A stretch of 64,000 bases of DNA, taken from the NCBI GenBank assembly GCA_048320885.1, contig JBLWFJ010000001.1, positions 5,569,697 through 5,633,696 of the forward strand, in the 5' to 3' direction. The stretch is from Nannocystaceae bacterium ST9 (GTDB lineage: Bacteria; Myxococcota_A; Polyangia; Nannocystales; Nannocystaceae). Below the pieces are notes generated by a model, which was given only the letters and a program-made list of their open reading frames with translations, ran no database searches and had not been told where the DNA came from. Positions 16,282 through 25,415 of the stretch are shown here, piece by piece (within the stretch, counting starts at the first letter, position 1; each line of letters begins with the position of its first letter). The position numbers were made by a program, and so were the translations under genes.

Positions 16282-17175
16282 ATGAAGCTCGGCCTTCCTG
16301 CGTTGGTGCCACTCTTGCCTTGGTTGACTGGTTGCGTCGTGACGATCGGCGACGGCGACGTGGCCAACGACGAAGCCGACACCGGCGAAGGGACCACGAC
16401 CACCAGCGAGGGCGACTCGGACGACGACGTCGGCACGGACTCGAGCGGCGAGACGACCGGCACGAGCACGGAAACGGATACGGGCACGAGCACCGACACT
16501 GGGACCGACACGACCGGCACCGACACGAGCACGGACAGCGGGACCGACACGACGACCGACACCGGCACGGACACGGGCAGCGACACGAGCACGGACACCG
16601 GGACCGAGACCGGCGAGGAGCAGGAGCAGCCGCCCGCGGGCTATTGCGGCATGAGTGCCGGCCCCGTCGATCCCTGGATGACGCTCAATCAATATGGCGC
16701 GCCGATCGTCGACGCCGCGCCCTTTCAGCTCGAGTGTGGCGGGCAGGGCTCGTGGATGTTCCGCTTCGACGTCGACCTCGGCGGCTTCGCGCCCGACGAC
16801 AAGGTCATCCCGATCAACGCGACCATGGACGTCGAGGGCTACAACATCGGGCCCAACGGCCACTTCGCCGCCAACATGTACAATTGGTTCCTCGGCTGCT
16901 GCGACGACCCCGAGGACTATTACAATTATGGCGGCTATTGCTATTACGGGAACACCTTCACGCTCTTTCCCCCGGACGCGATCGCGGACCTCTCGGTGCT
17001 CGATGGTCTGATCGGCACGCTGCACGTCACCATGAGCACGCCGGAAGGCGACGTGGAGCTCACGATCGACACCGAGATCTGGGCGGTCTACGAGCCCGAG
17101 TGGGAGCTCTGCCTCTACGAATACTACGACGGTCTGCCACCGCTCGAGATCGGCCCGCCGATCCCGCTGCCCTGA
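16282..17175 (+). CDS. Lipoprotein with Thr/Asp/Gly-rich linker (TDTGTDT repeats) and Cys-rich C-terminal domain
   Basis: Real portion of ORF 15772..17175 starting MKLGLPALVPLLPWLTGC (lipobox LTGC); divergent from the previous lipoprotein with a 59-bp gap. Confidence 0.65.
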   Translation: MKLGLPALVPLLPWLTGCVVTIGDGDVANDEADTGEGTTTTSEGDSDDDVGTDSSGETTGTSTETDTGTSTDTGTDTTGTDTSTDSGTDTTTDTGTDTGSDTSTDTGTETGEEQEQPPAGYCGMSAGPVDPWMTLNQYGAPIVDAAPFQLECGGQGSWMFRFDVDLGGFAPDDKVIPINATMDVEGYNIGPNGHFAANMYNWFLGCCDDPEDYYNYGGYCYYGNTFTLFPPDAIADLSVLDGLIGTLHVTMSTPEGDVELTIDTEIWAVYEPEWELCLYEYYDGLPPLEIGPPIPLP

Positions 17176-17176
17176 T

Positions 17177-18316
17177 TCAAGGCTCGCGGACCACCCGCGA
17201 GCCGATCGTCAGGCTGACGAGCCCGAGCCCGAGCAGCGCCGCGCAAGGCAGCGCCAGCTCGGCCAGCCCGAAGCCCCGCCAGACCGCGCCCTCGATCGCG
17301 ACCAGCGACCACGCGACCGGGCTCGCGCCGGCGGCCATTTGCAGCCAGCTCGGCATCAAGAAGAGCGGCAGCATCCCGCCGCCGAGCATGGCCAGCAGCA
17401 TCAACACCATCCAGGCCAAGCCGGCGGCCGAGTGGGTGCGTCGACCGAGCGCGGCCAGCAAGGTCATGATCCCGACGAACCCGATCGCCGTGCTCGCGAG
17501 CGCGAGCGCGAGCAGATCCCAGCGCTGCGGGATCACGCCGAACCCGAGCCGGGCGATCGCGACCAGCACCACCTGCATGCCGGCGATCGCGAGCAGACAC
17601 GCGAGCGCCTTGCCGGCGAGGATCTGGATCGGCGAGAGCGGAGCGACCAGCAGGCGCAGCAGCGTGCCGCGGGTTCGCTCGCCGACCAGCGACACGGCGA
17701 AGGTCGCCGCGCAGGCGATCACCGCCCAGACGATGCCCTGCGGAAAGGTGACCGCGAAGGGGCTGGGCGGGCGCGCGCGGGCCAAGCTCGCGCCCAGCTC
17801 GGTCGGCGGCGCGAGGTCGCGGCGGACGATCGTGAGCGGCTGCCAGTCGCGGTGCTCGGCCATGCTCTGCCAGCCCGCGCGCTCGATCACCCCGACCAGC
17901 ATGCTGGCCTCGCTGGTTCGGCGCGGATCGACGGTCAGCTCGATCGTCGGCGGATCGACGCCGGGCCGGGCCGGCGCGGCGCCGTAGCCCGCCGGGATCC
18001 GAACCAGGGCCGGCGCCTCGCCGCGCTGGATCGCTACCAGGCCCGGATCGAGCTCGACCTCGGCCAGCTCGATCCGCGGATCGCCGTCGACCTGCTCGCG
18101 CAAGCCGGCGCTGGCCGAGCTGCGATCCTCGTCGACGATCAGCACCCGCATGCTCGCCGATCGATCTTCGCCGCCGAAGGGACCGAGCGCGCCGAAGAAG
18201 CTGGCCAGGATCAGCGGCCACGCGAAGGTCAGGAAGAGCGCGGCCCGATCCCGCGCCAGCAGGCGCAGATCCTTGATCGCCATCGCCCAGATCGCTCGCA
18301 TGCTCGCCGACTGCAT
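17177..18316 (-). CDS. ABC-2 family transporter permease
   Basis: ORF 17177..18340; six predicted TM helices, typical ABC-2 N-terminus 'MRAIWAMAIKDLRLLARDRAAL'; no adjacent ATPase gene. Confidence 0.75.
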   Translation of the reverse strand: MQSASMRAIWAMAIKDLRLLARDRAALFLTFAWPLILASFFGALGPFGGEDRSASMRVLIVDEDRSSASAGLREQVDGDPRIELAEVELDPGLVAIQRGEAPALVRIPAGYGAAPARPGVDPPTIELTVDPRRTSEASMLVGVIERAGWQSMAEHRDWQPLTIVRRDLAPPTELGASLARARPPSPFAVTFPQGIVWAVIACAATFAVSLVGERTRGTLLRLLVAPLSPIQILAGKALACLLAIAGMQVVLVAIARLGFGVIPQRWDLLALALASTAIGFVGIMTLLAALGRRTHSAAGLAWMVLMLLAMLGGGMLPLFLMPSWLQMAAGASPVAWSLVAIEGAVWRGFGLAELALPCAALLGLGLVSLTIGSRVVREP

Positions 18317-18352
18317 GCCCGGAAGCGGGCGCGAGGGCAAGTCGTCAGCGCC

Positions 18353-18982
18353 TCAGGGCCGGCGATCGAAGCGATAGGCCGTGTGTCGAGCGCAGGCCCG
18401 CTCGGCGAAGCGCTCGGCGAAGCGAACCAGCGAGGGGCAGGGCTCGAGCGGCAGCGTGCCGCGGACCGCGACGTGATCGACCAGGCAAAACAGCGTGGTC
18501 TCGAACAGGCTGAGGTCGCGCGTCGAAGGCAGCGCCGCGAGTGCGGACTCCAAGTGATCGTCGAGCCAACGAAGCGCGCCGACGAAGCCCTCGCGGCCCT
18601 TGGCGAAGTAGAGGTTGTCGGCCGGCAGCTTCGCGACCTGGACGCCGAAGATGATCTGCACCTGCGCGGCCATGCCATGCCAGACCAGCTCCTGAGCGTT
18701 TCGTGACAGGTCGGCGGGCAGCTGTTCGGGCCAGGTGATCCGCAGCCGGCGGTCGGACATGTCCGCGAGCGCCCGGCAGATGTTCTCGGTACCGAACACC
18801 GGCGAGCCCGCGCGGCGCAGCACCGGCAGCTTGAGGGCAGGGTTGTCGGCGTAGACGGCAGGCTCGACGCCGGTCATGTCGTGGATCGGCACCAGCTCGA
18901 TCGGCACGCCGAGCTCGTGCGCGAAGATCCGCGTGACCCGAGTGAAGTGCGAGCTGCTCCGGCCGACGATCTCAACCGTCAT
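18353..18982 (-). CDS. Glutathione S-transferase family protein
   Basis: ORF 18353..18982; GST-like sequence, good codon bias. Confidence 0.8.
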   Translation of the reverse strand: MTVEIVGRSSSHFTRVTRIFAHELGVPIELVPIHDMTGVEPAVYADNPALKLPVLRRAGSPVFGTENICRALADMSDRRLRITWPEQLPADLSRNAQELVWHGMAAQVQIIFGVQVAKLPADNLYFAKGREGFVGALRWLDDHLESALAALPSTRDLSLFETTLFCLVDHVAVRGTLPLEPCPSLVRFAERFAERACARHTAYRFDRRP

Positions 18983-19799
18983 GACGCACCAATCGACGCG
19001 CGAGGAAGGCCAGGATCTCGTCGCGCGCGGCCAGGGTCGGCTCGCCCGCCGCGTCGATCAGGTGGGCCGTGACGACGCTGTGCGGGCAAACGACGATCTG
19101 CGCGAAGAAGGGCGGGGGAGCTGGATTCGCGGCCTGCGAGGGCAGCACGGTCGGCACGAAGCGCTCGCCGAGCGCCTCGGCATAGGCCGCGAAGCGCTGG
19201 GCCGTACAGAATCGATCGCCCTCGAAGCGATAGGCGAGCACCGTCAGATCCTCGCGTTCGAGCCGGGCCTTCACCCTCGCCGCTTCGTCGGGGGCGATCT
19301 GCAGCTCGGCGAGCCGCTCGAAGGGCAGCGAGGGCTGACAGAGCACCGGAGCGAGCACCGCGGGCTCGAGCATCATGCCGAGCGCGAAGTTGCCGGTGAA
19401 GCACATCCCGATCGCGCCCACGCCCGGCCCGCCGCACTCGTGGTGCGCGAGGCTGGCGAGCGCGCGCAACCACGCCGTGATCGGGCTCGACTCGTTGGCC
19501 GCGAACGCCCGAAATTCTGCGCTCACGCAGGCCCGGCGAAGCACGGCCAAGCCCTCTTCGGCGCGCGGGAAGGCGCCGTCGCGGCCGAAGAGCGAGGGCA
19601 TGTACACGCGAAAGCCGGCGTCGCGCACCCAGCGAGCGAAGCGGGCCACGTGCGGGCTGATGCCCGGCATCTCGGCCATCACGACGACCGCCGACCCCCG
19701 GCCGGCGACGTAGACGATCTTGGTCGTGTCCAGCAGCGTGATCGAGCGGCGCTCGAAGTCGTCGAGCGGGTCGTCCAGCGTCGTCTCTTGTTCGGTCAT
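18972..19799 (-). CDS. Dienelactone hydrolase family (alpha/beta hydrolase) protein
   Basis: ORF 18972..19799; DLH-like sequence; overlaps downstream GST by 11 bp (operon). Confidence 0.8.
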   Translation of the reverse strand: MTEQETTLDDPLDDFERRSITLLDTTKIVYVAGRGSAVVVMAEMPGISPHVARFARWVRDAGFRVYMPSLFGRDGAFPRAEEGLAVLRRACVSAEFRAFAANESSPITAWLRALASLAHHECGGPGVGAIGMCFTGNFALGMMLEPAVLAPVLCQPSLPFERLAELQIAPDEAARVKARLEREDLTVLAYRFEGDRFCTAQRFAAYAEALGERFVPTVLPSQAANPAPPPFFAQIVVCPHSVVTAHLIDAAGEPTLAARDEILAFLARRLVRHDG

Positions 19800-19872
19800 G
19801 CGCGTACGATCGCCCAGAGCGGCGAGGATCGGTGAGTGGCAGGAACGACAATGTTCGGTCCATACTTGCCAA

Positions 19873-20853
19873 GTGATCGTTCACCTCGTGTTCGACGGAG
19901 TCGCCGAGGGCCCGCTGGGCGTCGGCTTGGACGTGGTCGGCACGGCCGCGCGCCTGGCTTCGGCGGGGCGCGGGGTCGCCACGCCGAAGCGGCAGGCGGC
20001 CCAGCGTGTCGTGTCGATCGACGGCCAGCCCGTCCGCACCGGCACCGGCCGCAGCTTCGCCGTCGACGGAGCGCTGACGCTGCGTGGCCTCGGCCGCGGC
20101 GACGTGCTGGTCGTGCCGGGGCTCGGGGCGGCGAGCGAGCCCGAGGTCGCCGCCCTGTTGGCGCGGCCCGACGTCGAGCGCGGCATCGAGGCGATCGCTC
20201 GTGCGGCCGCGAAGGGCGTGCTGGTCGCGGCCTCGTGCTCGGCGACCTTCGTGCTCGCCGCGTCGGGCGTGCTCGAGGATCGACAGGCGACGACGACCTG
20301 GTGGCTGAGCCCGACCTTCGCCAAGCAATTTCCGCGAGTCAGCCTGTGCGCCGATCGAATGGTGGTCGAATCGGGCGACGTGCTCACCGCCGGCTCCGCG
20401 TTCGCCCACGCCGACCTGATGCTCGCGATCGTCACGCGCACGCTCGGCCCCTCGCTCGCCCACCTGGTCGCCAAATACCTGGTCTTGGACGAGCGCCCCT
20501 CGCAGGCCCGCTACATGGTGATGGCCCACATTCGCAATTCGGATCCCGCGATTCTCCAGCTCGAGAAATTCATCAATTCCAACCTCGAACGCCAGCTCAC
20601 GATCGAAGACATGGCCCGCGCCACCGCGACCTCGCCCCGCACGCTCGCCCGCAGGGTCGAAGCCGCGCTCGGCACCACGCCTCGGCAATTCGCACGACGC
20701 CTCAAGATCGCCCACGCCCTCCACCTGCTCGAGACCACGCGAGAGCCCGTCGAGACAATCGCCGCGAGCGTCGGCTACGCCGACCCGGCCGCATTCCGTC
20801 GAATCTTCCAGCGCGAGATCGGTGAATCGCCGAACTCACGACGTACCCGCTGA
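19873..20853 (+). CDS. GlxA-family transcriptional regulator (DJ-1/PfpI-like N-terminal domain + AraC-type HTH)
   Basis: Real part of ORF 19720..20853 from GTG 19873 (VIVHLVFDGV...); C-terminal AraC HTH (…RRLKIAHALHLLETTREPVETIAASVGYADPAAFRRIFQREIG); divergent from the DLH-GST operon. Confidence 0.8.
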   Translation: MIVHLVFDGVAEGPLGVGLDVVGTAARLASAGRGVATPKRQAAQRVVSIDGQPVRTGTGRSFAVDGALTLRGLGRGDVLVVPGLGAASEPEVAALLARPDVERGIEAIARAAAKGVLVAASCSATFVLAASGVLEDRQATTTWWLSPTFAKQFPRVSLCADRMVVESGDVLTAGSAFAHADLMLAIVTRTLGPSLAHLVAKYLVLDERPSQARYMVMAHIRNSDPAILQLEKFINSNLERQLTIEDMARATATSPRTLARRVEAALGTTPRQFARRLKIAHALHLLETTREPVETIAASVGYADPAAFRRIFQREIGESPNSRRTR

Positions 20854-20929
20854 TCTCCAATCTTCGCATTTCAGTGAGCCCGTATTTCAGCGAGCCTCGT
20901 GTGAGTGGCGGAGTGAAGGTCGGCGAACG

Positions 20930-20994
20930 CGAAGGCGCGCGGACGGAATCATGGGACCGGGAGGGCGAGCAGAAGCCCCCGAAGGATCGAGACG
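20930..20994 (+). promoter_or_regulatory. Copy 1 of a conserved 65-nt element (gaaggcgcgcggacggaatcatgggaccgggagggcgagcagaagcccccgaaggatcgagacga), ~175 bp upstream of the first FG-GAP lipoprotein gene; conserved 'ggcggagtgaa' 13 nt further upstream; flanked by inverted repeat ggaatcatggg.ccg / cgggcccatgattcc
   Basis: Identical 65-mer found again at 43433..43497; seen directly in the sequence. Confidence 0.5.
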
Positions 20995-21168
20995 AGCCCG
21001 GCAGCGGGCCCATGATTCCGGCCGCATAGCCCGTTGGTCGGTCACGGAGACGTCCGCGAAGGATCCCCCTCGAAGGCACCTTGATCCCAACGCCGAGGTG
21101 AGCCGGCTCATGCACTCAGAGCCATTCGAAGCGAATAGAACAGCGTACGAGCCGTGTGGTGTTCGCCC

Positions 21169-22746
21169 ATGTCCACCAAGCCCGCGCTCTCGCTCGTTCT
21201 GCTGACCGCTTCGCTCCTGGCCTGCCCCGCGCAAGACCCGAGCGACGACGAGGTCGGTGACTCGAGCGGCGATGGCGACCCCGACACCACGGCCGGGGAC
21301 GGTGATGACGCCGACACCATGGATGAGGGCGACGGCGATTCCGACACCACGGGCGACGGCGACGGCGATCCGGTGGTCGACGCCTGCGAGTTCTCGGCGA
21401 GCGCGATCGCGTGGCCGCTCCCGCAGGAGTTCGTCGGCGCCGACGTCTACGAGCAGACCACCAATTATTGGGGTTGCGACGGTGGCGACGAGGAGTATCG
21501 CTATCAATTGGTCGACATCACCGGCGATGGCGCGGTCGACTTCCTGGTCACCGACGCCTGCGACGCGGCCGGGACCGGCACCACCCATTGGGAGGTGTTC
21601 GTCAACACCGGTGATGGTTTCGCGGACAGCTCGATCGATTGGGCGCTACCGCAGGTGCTCGACGGCGGCAGCGAGCCCTACCAGCAACTCGCCGATTACT
21701 GGGGCTGCGACGGCGGCGAGACCTTCCGCTATCAATTGGCCGACATGACCGGCGACGGGGCGGTCGACTTCTTGGTGACCGATGCCTGCGACGCCGGCGG
21801 CGTCGGGGCGACCCGTTGGGACGTGTACGAGAACACCGGGTCGGGCTTCGCCGTCGAGCCAATCTCGTGGCCGCTGCCCCAGTACGTGAATGGCGTCGCC
21901 GAGCCCTACGCGCAGCTCACCGATTATTGGGGCTGCGACAACGGCGAGACCTTCCGCTTTCAGTTGCTCGACATGACCGGCGACGGTGCGGTCGACTTCC
22001 TGGTCACCGATGCCTGCGACGCGACCGGCGTGGGCGCGAGCAATTGGCTGGTCCACGAGAATTCCGGGACCGGCTTCGCCAACGGGACGCTCGAGTGGGG
22101 CCTGCCGCCGGTGTTCCCCGATGACGACGAGATCTACGAGCAGATCGCCAACTACTGGCCCTGCAACGGCGGCGAATATCGCTATCAGTTGCTCGACATC
22201 ACCGGCGACGGGGCGATCGACTTCCTGATCACCGACGCCTGCGACGAGACCGGGGTCGGGACCTCGAAGTGGCAGGTGCTCGAGAACACCGGGACCAGCT
22301 TCGCGCAGCCCTTCGACTGGGCGTTGCCGATGCCGCTCGGCGACGCCGAGATCTACGAGCAGCTCGCCAACGACTGGCCCTGCAACGGCGAGACCTACCG
22401 GTTCCAGACCCTCGATCTGACCGGTGACCACGCCCCCGATCTGGTCGTCACCGATTTCTGCGACGTCGGCGGGTCGGGGACCGATCGCTGGGACGTGTTC
22501 AAGAACGTCGGGACCGGCTTCGCGCCCAACTCGATGACCTGGTCGCTGCCCGGCGTGCTCGACGGCGACGATCTCTACGAGCAGCTCGCCGACTACTGGC
22601 CCTGCAACGACGCCGACGAGACCTATCGCTACTCGGTGTTCGACATCACCGGCGACGGGGCACCCGATCTGACCGCGACCGACCTCTGCGACGCGAACGG
22701 CAACGGGACCACGCAGTGGTCGGTGTTCACCGCCGTCTGCGAGTGA
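21169..22746 (+). CDS. FG-GAP-repeat (integrin-alpha-like beta-propeller) lipoprotein; Asp/Gly-rich linker then 7 tandem ~65-aa repeats 'YWxC(D/N)GGxxxRYQLxDxTGDGAxDFLVTDACDxxGxGxxxWxVxxNTGxGFA'
   Basis: ORF 21154..22746; ATG 21169; signal/lipobox MSTKPALSLVLLTASLLAC; DxTGDGxxD Ca-binding-like FG-GAP motifs, paired Cys per repeat. Confidence 0.8.
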   Translation: MSTKPALSLVLLTASLLACPAQDPSDDEVGDSSGDGDPDTTAGDGDDADTMDEGDGDSDTTGDGDGDPVVDACEFSASAIAWPLPQEFVGADVYEQTTNYWGCDGGDEEYRYQLVDITGDGAVDFLVTDACDAAGTGTTHWEVFVNTGDGFADSSIDWALPQVLDGGSEPYQQLADYWGCDGGETFRYQLADMTGDGAVDFLVTDACDAGGVGATRWDVYENTGSGFAVEPISWPLPQYVNGVAEPYAQLTDYWGCDNGETFRFQLLDMTGDGAVDFLVTDACDATGVGASNWLVHENSGTGFANGTLEWGLPPVFPDDDEIYEQIANYWPCNGGEYRYQLLDITGDGAIDFLITDACDETGVGTSKWQVLENTGTSFAQPFDWALPMPLGDAEIYEQLANDWPCNGETYRFQTLDLTGDHAPDLVVTDFCDVGGSGTDRWDVFKNVGTGFAPNSMTWSLPGVLDGDDLYEQLADYWPCNDADETYRYSVFDITGDGAPDLTATDLCDANGNGTTQWSVFTAVCE

Positions 22747-22839
22747 CCGATGGGCGTGAGCGAAATCTCGACTCGAGCCAATCAAAAACCGTCCGACTCC
22801 GCCCGACGAGGGCGACAAATCCTCGTCCTCCACTGTGAC

Positions 22840-24453
22840 ATGAGCATCAAGTACGAGTTTCCGATCGTCCTGCTGACCGCCTCGCTCCTGGCCTGCCCCG
22901 CGCAAGACCCGAGCGGCGACGACGAAGTGGGCGAGACGGCGGGCGAATCGAGTGGTGGCGACGGGGATGGCGACGGCGATTCCGACACCACGAGCGGCGA
23001 CGGCGACGGCGATCCCGACACCACGAGCGGCGACGGCGACGGCGATTCGACCACGGGCGATGGCGACGGCGACGGCGATCCGGTGGTCGACGCCTGCGAA
23101 TTCTCGGCCAGCGCGATCGCGTGGCCGCTCCCGCAGGAGTTCGTCGGCGCCGACGTCTACGAGCAGACCACCGATTATTGGGGGTGCAACGGTGGCGCGG
23201 AGGAGTATCGCTATCAGTTGCTCGACATCACCGGCGATGGCGCGGTCGACTTCCTGGTCACCGACGCCTGCGATGCGGCCGGGGCTGGCACCACCCATTG
23301 GGAGGTGTTCGTCAACACCGGCGATGGCTTCGCGGACAGCTCGATCGATTGGGCGCTGCCGCAGTTGCTCGGCGGCGGCAGCGAGTTCTACGAGCAGATC
23401 GCCGATTCGTGGGGTTGCAACGACGGCCAGACCTTCCGCTACCAAGTGCTCGACATGACCGGCGACGGGGCGGTCGACTTCCTGCTCACCGATTCCTGCG
23501 ATGCTGCCGGCGTCGGGACGACCCACTGGGAAGTGTACGAGAACACCGGGTCGGGCTTCGCCGTCGATCCGATCGCGTGGCCGCTGCCCCAATACTTGAA
23601 TGGTGGCAGCGAGTTCTACGAGCAGATCTCCGACTCTTGGGGGTGCAACGGCAGCGAGACCTTCCGCTATCAATTGCTCGACATGACCGGCGACGGGGCG
23701 GTCGACTTCCTGCTCACCGACGCCTGCGACGCGACCGGCGTGGGCGCGAGCAATTGGCTGGTCCACGAGAACACCGGGACCGGCTTCGCCAATGGGCCGC
23801 TCGAGTGGGGCCTGCCGCAGGTGTTCCCCGGCGACAACGAGATCTACGAGCAGATCGCCGATTACTGGACCTGCGAGGGCGGCGAGTATCGCTATCAATT
23901 GCTCGACATCACCGGCGACGGCGCGATCGACTTCCTGACCACCGACGCCTGCGACGAGACCGGGGTCGGGGCCTCGAAGTGGCTGGTCTACGAGAACACC
24001 GGGACCGGCTTCGCGCAGCCCTTCGACTGGGCGTTGCCGATGCCGCTCGGCGACGCCGAGATCTACGAGCAACTGGCCGACTACTGGCCCTGCAACGGCG
24101 AGACCTACCGGTTCCAGACCCTCGATCTGACCGGCGATCACGCCCCCGATCTGGTCGTCACCGACTTCTGCGACGTCGGCGGCTCGGGGACCGAGCGCTG
24201 GGACGTGTTCAAGAACGTCGGGACCGGCTTCGCGCCCAACTCGATCACCTGGTCGCTGCCCGGCGTGCTCGACGGCACCGACCTCTACGAGCAGCTCACC
24301 GACTACTGGGGCTGCAACAACGACGAGACCTTCCGCTACTCGGTGTTCGACATCACCGGCGACGGCGCGCCCGATCTGACCGCGACCGATCTCTGCGACG
24401 CGAACGGCAACGGGACCACGCAATGGTCGGTGTTCGCGGCCGTCTGCGAGTGA
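22840..24453 (+). CDS. FG-GAP-repeat lipoprotein, near-identical tandem paralog of 21169..22746 (longer GDGD linker)
   Basis: ORF 22750..24453; ATG 22840 (MSIKYEFPIVLLTASLLAC); >90% aa identity to the upstream paralog over the repeat region. Confidence 0.8.
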   Translation: MSIKYEFPIVLLTASLLACPAQDPSGDDEVGETAGESSGGDGDGDGDSDTTSGDGDGDPDTTSGDGDGDSTTGDGDGDGDPVVDACEFSASAIAWPLPQEFVGADVYEQTTDYWGCNGGAEEYRYQLLDITGDGAVDFLVTDACDAAGAGTTHWEVFVNTGDGFADSSIDWALPQLLGGGSEFYEQIADSWGCNDGQTFRYQVLDMTGDGAVDFLLTDSCDAAGVGTTHWEVYENTGSGFAVDPIAWPLPQYLNGGSEFYEQISDSWGCNGSETFRYQLLDMTGDGAVDFLLTDACDATGVGASNWLVHENTGTGFANGPLEWGLPQVFPGDNEIYEQIADYWTCEGGEYRYQLLDITGDGAIDFLTTDACDETGVGASKWLVYENTGTGFAQPFDWALPMPLGDAEIYEQLADYWPCNGETYRFQTLDLTGDHAPDLVVTDFCDVGGSGTERWDVFKNVGTGFAPNSITWSLPGVLDGTDLYEQLTDYWGCNNDETFRYSVFDITGDGAPDLTATDLCDANGNGTTQWSVFAAVCE

Positions 24454-24466
24454 GCGAATCGCTCGA

Positions 24467-25324
24467 TCACTCGTCGCGCAGGGTTCGGCCGGTCAACTCG
24501 AGGAACACCTGCTCGAGCGTGGGCTGCTCGACCCGAAACCGGATCGGCGAGCGGCCCCGCTCGCCGACCAGCGCCTGCAGCTGCGCGTAGGGATCCTCGC
24601 CGCGCCGCTCGATCGCCGGCTCGCCCTCGAATTCGACGATCAGCCGCGGCGGCCCGGCGTGCCGGGCGATCAACCCCGCGACCGTGTCGACCGCGAGCAG
24701 CCGGCCGCGATCGAGGATCCCGACTCGATCGCAGAGCCGCGCGGCCTCGTCCATGTAGTGCGTGGTGTACAGGATCGTCCGGCCGCGCTCGCGCAGCGCG
24801 GCGACGTTGTCGAGCAGCAGGTTGCGCGACTGCGGATCGACGCCGACCGTCGGCTCGTCGAGCAAGAGCAGCGCGGGCTCGTGGACCAGCGCGGCGGCGA
24901 GGTTGAGCCGGCGGGCCATGCCGCCCGAGAAGTGCTTGGGCCGCTGCTCGCCGCGCTCGCCGAGCCCGACGAACTCGAGCGCCTCGCGGACCCGGGTCGC
25001 GCGGGTGGCCGGGTCGAGCCCCTGCATGGCCGCGAAGAAGTCGAGGTTCTCGCGCGCGCTGAGGTTGTCGTAGATCGCGAGCGACTGCGGAGCCAGGCCG
25101 ATCTGCCGACGGACCTCCGGGCGGGTCGGCGAACCGAGCCCCGCGATCGACACGCGACCGGCGTCGGGTTCGAGCAGACCGACCGCGAGCCCGACCAGCG
25201 TCGACTTGCCCGCGCCATTGGGGCCGAGCAGACCGAACACCTCGCCGGGCTCGAGCCGCAGCGTGAGGTCGGCGAGCGCGACGGTGCCGGCGTAGGTCTT
25301 GCGCAGTCCGTCGAGCTCGAGCAC
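24467..25324 (-). CDS. ABC transporter ATP-binding protein (Walker A GPNGAGKST, signature FSGGM, Walker B LLLDEP)
   Basis: ORF 24467..25324; convergent with the FG-GAP genes; no permease adjacent. Confidence 0.85.
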   Translation of the reverse strand: MLELDGLRKTYAGTVALADLTLRLEPGEVFGLLGPNGAGKSTLVGLAVGLLEPDAGRVSIAGLGSPTRPEVRRQIGLAPQSLAIYDNLSARENLDFFAAMQGLDPATRATRVREALEFVGLGERGEQRPKHFSGGMARRLNLAAALVHEPALLLLDEPTVGVDPQSRNLLLDNVAALRERGRTILYTTHYMDEAARLCDRVGILDRGRLLAVDTVAGLIARHAGPPRLIVEFEGEPAIERRGEDPYAQLQALVGERGRSPIRFRVEQPTLEQVFLELTGRTLRDE

Positions 25325-25415
25325 GCGGCGCGACTATACGATCCCGAGTCGGCTCGCGGGTCCGCTCGCGGTCCGCGTCGCTCGCGGTCGGCGAGATCTG
25401 GCATGGTTCCGGCGC

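Noticed and set aside
20822-21205. ORFs 'MGPGGRAEAPEGSRR…' at 20822..21205 and 43453..43908 sharing an identical peptide
   Set aside because: Identity is due to the shared non-coding 65-nt element; poor codon usage and no conservation outside the element
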